This document shows positions 26,039 through 30,290 of a DNA stretch of 30,290 nucleotides, one piece after another. The position numbers and the translations under genes were made by a program. Every line of letters begins with the position of its first letter. Positions within the stretch are counted from its first letter, which is position 1. Location: IMG/VR virus record IMGVR_UViG_3300017761_001291, positions 1-30,290 of that record; one strand, 5' to 3'. A model generated the notes under the pieces. That model ran no database searches. It had not been told where the DNA came from and saw nothing but the letters and a program-made list of their open reading frames with translations. The DNA is from a virus. Lineage: Duplodnaviria > Caudoviricetes.

Positions 26039-27081
26039 TAGTAATTATTCGCTATCTGTGCTTTAGTCAAGATTGCCAATTCTACGAACGACAAAGTGAC
26101 ATTAATTTGAGTTGGCATTCCACCCTCGAAGGTATTGAATGCGCCATTTGGAGTATAATTTACATTCATACTTTCAAGTACGCAAGATGTATGACGATGT
26201 AAATTAAAATTTTCACTACCACCAGAATAATATGTTATATCAAACTCAGATGGATAGATAAACACAAAGTTTGAAGTATCTTTAAACTCTGGGTGCATGT
26301 GTAGTTTAAATGTGTTTATAATTTTATTAACAGTTCTTGATTCAGCAGCAGTACGAGGAGAGAAAGTATAATCGAATGTAAACTTTCTAAAGTTAACATT
26401 TTTAAATACTTGTTCTTTCATGGGGTTTGCTGCCATACCAGAAGCTGCAGAAAGAGCACCACTAATTGGTGTCTTTGATAATGCTAAATTTGTTGCAATA
26501 TCTTTTGCAATTGACTTGGCAGAATTTGCAGTTGCCTTTGCTACTTCTCTATTTGCCATAGCTGCTGCTTGAAAAGCAAAAGTATCTTCAGCCCCAAAGT
26601 CCATACTATAGTTAACACTCAGTTGGTTTGGGACATAAAGCATGATTCCAGCAGTAATTCGTTTTTGCTGACGTGATAAATCACCAGCTGCATCAGCTAC
26701 AATTGCACCAGCACCTGCACCAAGTAATCCACCAATAGTAGCACCTTTAAAATCTCCACCAATCAATCCACCAGTAAGTACACCACTTACCGCAGAAGCC
26801 CCAATACCTTCAGCGTTAGTAATTTTACTACCAATCAAAGCACCACGTTGATCACGTGTTGGTTGTTTTTTAACAGGTGTAGCAGAACCAGATTTCAATA
26901 ATCTAGAGTCATCACTTACATTAATGTTAAAGAGTACGTAGTTTCCACCATAAACACGTTGGTTACTAAACAAGTCACTCGGATACGACATTCCACCGAT
27001 TTGAAATTCTTTTGCATCGAATTTCTGCGGTTGAGAAGTTTCGAATACAGGTGCAGTGGGTTTTTGGTTTGTTTCTGCCAT
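26038..27081 (-). CDS. gp48: Baseplate tail tube cap gp48
   Basis: YPSDL, IMLYVP, NPMKEQVFKNVNFRKFTFDYTFSPR..ES, F.YPSEFDI, CVLESMNVNYTPNG, LSFVEL. Confidence 0.9.
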   Translation of the reverse strand: MAETNQKPTAPVFETSQPQKFDAKEFQIGGMSYPSDLFSNQRVYGGNYVLFNINVSDDSRLLKSGSATPVKKQPTRDQRGALIGSKITNAEGIGASAVSGVLTGGLIGGDFKGATIGGLLGAGAGAIVADAAGDLSRQQKRITAGIMLYVPNQLSVNYSMDFGAEDTFAFQAAAMANREVAKATANSAKSIAKDIATNLALSKTPISGALSAASGMAANPMKEQVFKNVNFRKFTFDYTFSPRTAAESRTVNKIINTFKLHMHPEFKDTSNFVFIYPSEFDITYYSGGSENFNLHRHTSCVLESMNVNYTPNGAFNTFEGGMPTQINVTLSFVELAILTKAQIANNY

Positions 27082-27110
27082 AAGTTCTCTATTTTAGTTG
27101 GCTTACATTA

Positions 27111-27141
27111 TTATTTAGGCGCATTACTTACGTCTAAATAA
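27111..27141. promoter_or_regulatory. Back-to-back divergent late promoters (CTAAATA on - at 27112-27118 and on + at 27134-27140)
   Basis: TTATTTAGGCG-N9-CGTCTAAATAA in the only divergent intergenic gap; further minus-strand ATAAATA matches at 27149-27155 and 27165-27171. Confidence 0.75.
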
Positions 27142-27169
27142 AAGTGGTTATTTATTCTTTACAATATTT

Positions 27170-27607
27170 ATGTTCCATAAAAGACGATTCGTACCTGCAT
27201 TTCCAGAAAAATACTCAGGCGATCCTACGTGTATAATCATGCGTAGTTCCTGGGAGACTAAATTCGCCTCATGGTGTGACAAAAACCCATCAGTCGTTAA
27301 ATGGAAATCCGAAGAAACTGTAGTGCCGTATAGATGCCCAACCGATGATAAGATTCATCGTTATTTCGTAGACTTCCAAATTCAGATTAAGAACAAGGAA
27401 GGTTTGCTTAGAACCTATCTCGTAGAAGTTAAACCAGCTGCTCAAACTATTCCCCCAGTATATCCAGGTCGTCAGACTCAGCGTTATCTAACAGAATCAA
27501 TGACATTTATTAAAAATCAAGCTAAGTGGAAAGCTGCCAGTGAGTATGCAAAAGATCGTGGATGGGAATTTAAGATTATAACTGAGCATGAACTTGGTAT
27601 TAAATGA
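27170..27607 (+). CDS. gp4: Head completion protein gp4 (TnsA-like PD-(D/E)XK nuclease fold)
   Basis: PEKYSGDP..I..RSSWE, WCDKNP.V..W.SEE.VVPY, HRYFVDF, LVEVKP..QT, NQAKWKAA, F.IITE..L; adjacent to gp2. Confidence 0.93.
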   Translation: MFHKRRFVPAFPEKYSGDPTCIIMRSSWETKFASWCDKNPSVVKWKSEETVVPYRCPTDDKIHRYFVDFQIQIKNKEGLLRTYLVEVKPAAQTIPPVYPGRQTQRYLTESMTFIKNQAKWKAASEYAKDRGWEFKIITEHELGIK

Positions 27608-27608
27608 C

Positions 27609-27615
27609 CTAAATA
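27609..27615 (+). promoter_or_regulatory. Putative late promoter CTAAATA, 5 nt before the gp2 ATG
   Basis: CTAAATA-ATTAA-ATG fills the 13-nt gap between gp4 and gp2. Confidence 0.7.
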
Positions 27616-27620
27616 ATTAA

Positions 27621-28223
27621 ATGGCTACTCAACCTAAAAACCCTTCCATGAACGACATTTTTGAGCGTAATAAATACGATCTCAAAAATGCTGCAACTAA
27701 ATCTCGTGGATGGTTCTCCCAACAGCTACTGCTTCTCGCTAAGCAGAGGATTACACCACAACGATTAATGCGTGAGAATAGTGGTGACCTAAAGGCACGT
27801 ATTATTCCAGGTAATCTTTACATGTTTGGATATGATCCAAAACTAAAAGAAACTCTACCGTACTACGATAAATTTCCTTTGGTATTTCCGTATGCATCAG
27901 TTCCTGGTGGGTTCATGGGTTTAAATATGCACTATCTTCCTTATCAACTACGCATTCGTCTTTTGGATCGTTTGATGGTATTCAAGAATAATGATAAGAT
28001 GGATGATACCACAAGATTAAAGTATTCATGGGCATTGATCGCTGGGGTATCTAAATTTAAGTTAGCAGAACCTTGCATTAAACATTATCTATTGCCCCAT
28101 GTTAAAACAGCTTTTAAGAAAATCGATTCAAGTGATTGGGCAACTGCCATGCTATTGCCAGTAGAAAGATTCTCAAAGGCATCAAAAGAAAATGTATGGA
28201 AAGACTCTCAGGCTAGCATATGA
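27621..28223 (+). CDS. gp2: DNA end protector protein gp2
   Basis: PGNLYMFGYDPK.KETLPYYDKFPLV, GFMGLNMHYLP, PCIKHYL..HV, W..A..LP.ERF, VWKDS. Confidence 0.95.
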   Translation: MATQPKNPSMNDIFERNKYDLKNAATKSRGWFSQQLLLLAKQRITPQRLMRENSGDLKARIIPGNLYMFGYDPKLKETLPYYDKFPLVFPYASVPGGFMGLNMHYLPYQLRIRLLDRLMVFKNNDKMDDTTRLKYSWALIAGVSKFKLAEPCIKHYLLPHVKTAFKKIDSSDWATAMLLPVERFSKASKENVWKDSQASI

Positions 28224-28873
28224 AAATATCAAATTTTGTATCACAGATCGGTGAATCTGGTTTAGCAAGATCAAATCGTTATACGGTTCAGTTGACTACT
28301 CCAGGAACAACATACTCACAAAATCAGTATAGAAAGATGCTATTGTTTTGTGAAGCAATACAGTTACCTGGATTAAACGTAAATACAACACCAATTAGAA
28401 CATTCGGTGAAGTTAGAGAAATGCCGTATGAAATGAATTATGATCCAATCACATTAAGTTTTTATGTTGACGGAAATATGGTAATTAAAGGTATATTTGA
28501 TGAGTGGATTCTAAGTGTTCATAACATTAATACAAGAAATTTTAATTACTACAATAACTATACTGCTGACGTAGTTAAGATTTTCGTTGAAGATTTAACT
28601 AATCGACCAAAGTATATAGTTGGTCTTTATGAAGTTTATCCAAAAACTGTTAGTGCAGTTCAAATGGGATATGATCAGAAAGACGTAATGAAGCTGAGTG
28701 TTAGTTTTGCATATAAATATTGGCGTTCAGAAACATTAAATAGAGCAGAACCTACACCAACTGTAATGTCTCAGAAACTAGATCTCGTACGAGCACCAAA
28801 TACATCACCAGCTGCTTATGGTGGCGTGAATACCTACGTAGATAAAAATGGTAGAATAACATTTGATTACTAA
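28220..28873 (+). CDS. Tail tube-fold protein, gp54-like baseplate tube initiator (gp19 superfamily)
   Basis: GLARSNRY.V, C....LPG, ITLSFYVD, FDEW, L.EVYP..VS, LSVSFAYKYW; ATGA overlap with gp2. gp54 versus gp19 paralogue cannot be settled by eye. Confidence 0.75.
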   Translation: MKISNFVSQIGESGLARSNRYTVQLTTPGTTYSQNQYRKMLLFCEAIQLPGLNVNTTPIRTFGEVREMPYEMNYDPITLSFYVDGNMVIKGIFDEWILSVHNINTRNFNYYNNYTADVVKIFVEDLTNRPKYIVGLYEVYPKTVSAVQMGYDQKDVMKLSVSFAYKYWRSETLNRAEPTPTVMSQKLDLVRAPNTSPAAYGGVNTYVDKNGRITFDY

Positions 28874-28882
28874 GGAAGTAAC

Positions 28883-29308
28883 ATGGCAGAAGAAGTAAAA
28901 GACGAAAGCGAACTAAAGAAAGAAGATTGGATGAACAGTAAGTGGCGTCCAATGATGGGTTGGATGTACATGCTAGTTTGTACCATGGATATGATTATAT
29001 TCCCAATCCTGTGGAGTTTGTTACAAACAGCAACTCATACCCCAATCACTCAGTGGAGTCCACTATCACTGCAAGGTGCTGGTCTATTCCATATCGCCAT
29101 GGGTGCAGTTCTAGGTATCGCAGCATTCGGTCGCACACAGGAAAAACTAAATGGCGCAAATAATGGTGGTCTAATTACACCATCACCTATTCCTACACCA
29201 GCACCTACTGCGTTTAGTTCGCTAAAGCCAATGATGGTTGCACCTACACCAGTAAGTTTTGCGTTAGATCCTAATGATCCTCCAGTAAGAAATACAAGGA
29301 ACGATTAA
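28883..29308 (+). CDS. Putative holin, GTA-type 3TM holin family
   Basis: W..KWRPMMGW followed by hydrophobic segments and LG....GRTQEK motif; Pro-rich tail; SD AAGGA. Confidence 0.72.
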   Translation: MAEEVKDESELKKEDWMNSKWRPMMGWMYMLVCTMDMIIFPILWSLLQTATHTPITQWSPLSLQGAGLFHIAMGAVLGIAAFGRTQEKLNGANNGGLITPSPIPTPAPTAFSSLKPMMVAPTPVSFALDPNDPPVRNTRND

Positions 29309-29727
29309 TGTATCAATATAAATGTAAAATTAATAAAGTTCTTGACGGTGATACTGTTGATATTGATTTAGACTTAGGTTTCAATATTGTATTAGCAAAC
29401 CAACGTGTGCGCATGGCTGGAATTGATACACCTGAATCTAGAACTACAAATAAAGAAGAAAAACCAAGAGGTCTTTTATCTAAAAAGAAACTGGGAGAAA
29501 AACTTCCTGTTGGTTCATGGCAGATTATTGAAACTCAAAAATCTGATAATAATGATGACAAGTTTGGTAGAATTCTTGGTGTGTTTCTTTTGGAAGATGG
29601 AACAAAAGTAAATGACTGGTTAATAAAAAATAATTACGCAGTTCCGTATAAAGGTGAGAACAAAGAGTTAACTCAAGCAGAACATCAGGCTAACAAAAAG
29701 ATTTTAATGGAGCGTGGTGAACTATAA
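29308..29727 (+). CDS. Staphylococcal nuclease (SNase/thermonuclease)-like protein
   Basis: KVLDGDTVD, RVRMAGIDTPE, DKFGRILG, N..LIK..YA..Y motifs. Confidence 0.92.
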   Translation: MYQYKCKINKVLDGDTVDIDLDLGFNIVLANQRVRMAGIDTPESRTTNKEEKPRGLLSKKKLGEKLPVGSWQIIETQKSDNNDDKFGRILGVFLLEDGTKVNDWLIKNNYAVPYKGENKELTQAEHQANKKILMERGEL

Positions 29728-30155
29728 TGAAAATTGATGATAGATTATCCGAAGTCTTTGACACACCAGTCATAACAAAGACTTCCAGTGAAGGTGAAGT
29801 TATTGATTCAGTTACTGGTGAAATAATCCTTTCTGCAGAAACAAAAATTGAAAACGATTACGAAGATACTCGTAACAACCTTCGTGAATTATTAACAACT
29901 GGTCAGAATGCTTTGATGCATGCGCTGGAAGTTGCCAAACAATCTGAACACCCACGTGCTTTTGAAGTTGTGGGTAATTTGATGAAACAATTGGCTGATG
30001 TAAACCAACAACTCATGGACTTACATCAACAAAAAGCCAAATTGGATGCGCCTAAAAATAAAGAAGGATCCAAGATTACAAACAACGCTATCTTTGTAGG
30101 TAGCACCAGTGAGTTAGCGAAAATGATACAAACTATGAACAAAGGAGAATCATAA
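29727..30155 (+). CDS. gp16: Terminase small subunit gp16
   Basis: DYEDTRNNL, LEVAKQSEHPRAFEV, LMDLH, NNAIFVGSTSELAKM: T4-type gp16 motifs. Confidence 0.9.
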   Translation: MKIDDRLSEVFDTPVITKTSSEGEVIDSVTGEIILSAETKIENDYEDTRNNLRELLTTGQNALMHALEVAKQSEHPRAFEVVGNLMKQLADVNQQLMDLHQQKAKLDAPKNKEGSKITNNAIFVGSTSELAKMIQTMNKGES

Positions 30156-30156
30156 T

Positions 30157-30290
30157 ATGGCTTTACCATTTAACACAACCCCTACGTATAACGTAACAAT
30201 CCCTTCAACTCAAGAGAATGTTAAATTCAGACCATTCTTAGTAAAGGAAGAAAAGGCATTGTTGATCGCACAGCATAGTGAAGATCAAGT
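30157..30290 (+). CDS. gp26: Baseplate hub assembly protein gp26, 5' part (runs off the window)
   Basis: Not in the ORF track. ATG 30157 after SD AGGAG: MALPFNTTPTYNVTIPSTQENVKFRPFLVKEEKALLIAQHSEDQ, the gp26-family N-terminus. Confidence 0.88.
   Translation, partial: MALPFNTTPTYNVTIPSTQENVKFRPFLVKEEKALLIAQHSEDQ

Noticed and set aside
2299-27141. Many short plus-strand ORFs in the track (e.g. 3712-3999, 9020-9349, 12677-12964, 22440-22757)
   Set aside because: They lie antisense to long, recognisable genes. Their V/P/A-rich translations are the mirror of Gly/Thr-rich codons, and no family motifs are visible.
27170-27607. TnsA-like nuclease as a sign of a transposon or homing endonuclease
   Set aside because: Motifs and adjacency to gp2 fit the core T4 head-completion protein gp4; no transposon ends or tnsB/C.
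28883-28960. Dual-start holin/antiholin motif
   Set aside because: Several Met codons are present, but there is no lambda-S-type Met-Lys-Met start or visible second SD or hairpin.
14793-29611. Same-strand alternative-frame ORFs (14793-15047, 16696-16911, 16915-17100, 21637-21885, 23125-23319, 28942-29163, 29405-29611)
   Set aside because: Off-frame shadows within well-supported genes, mostly Leu/Gln-rich from codon bias; no independent evidence of expression.
1729-30155. No TAG stops among the 22 complete genes (19 TAA, 3 TGA), raising possible stop-codon reassignment
   Set aside because: All genes are full length under the standard code with no in-frame TAG interruptions; TAA bias is expected in AT-rich genomes.
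1-30290. tRNA, rRNA, introns, inteins and intrinsic terminators
   Set aside because: Intergenic gaps are under 90 nt with no cloverleaf or GC-rich hairpin plus U-tract; the large insertions lack intein splice motifs and keep the reading frame.

Overview
This window is a fully coding, AT-rich segment of a T4-like (myovirus) phage genome covering the baseplate, tail and fibre module. A long minus-strand run (27081 down to 1) encodes, in order: gp48, gp53, a gp27-like hub, gp5, an unknown 186-aa protein, PAAR, gp25, gp6, gp7-like, a 147-aa adaptor-like protein, gp8-like, a 2364-aa VrlC/DUF4815-like protein, a small coiled-coil protein, a tail fibre, two small fibre-associated proteins and a truncated LamG-type lectin protein that the ORF track missed. 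A divergent plus-strand run (27170 to the end) encodes gp4, gp2, a gp54/tube-like protein, a 3TM holin, an SNase-like nuclease, terminase small subunit gp16 and the start of gp26. T4/cyanophage-type late promoter motifs (CTAAATA/ATAAATA) are present. I saw no tRNA, rRNA, CRISPR array, reverse transcriptase or transposon. The most notable signals are: (i) nested ('Russian-doll') insertion of small CBM-like modules in the baseplate proteins, twice at the same residue position; (ii) a gp5 spike carrying two predicted peptidoglycan hydrolases, one beyond the normal C-terminus, each following linker starting with an identical TPPES motif; (iii) a gp7 with a 39-aa repeat arm; (iv) terminase small subunit uncoupled from gp17. 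All family calls come from motif recognition by eye, not database searches.
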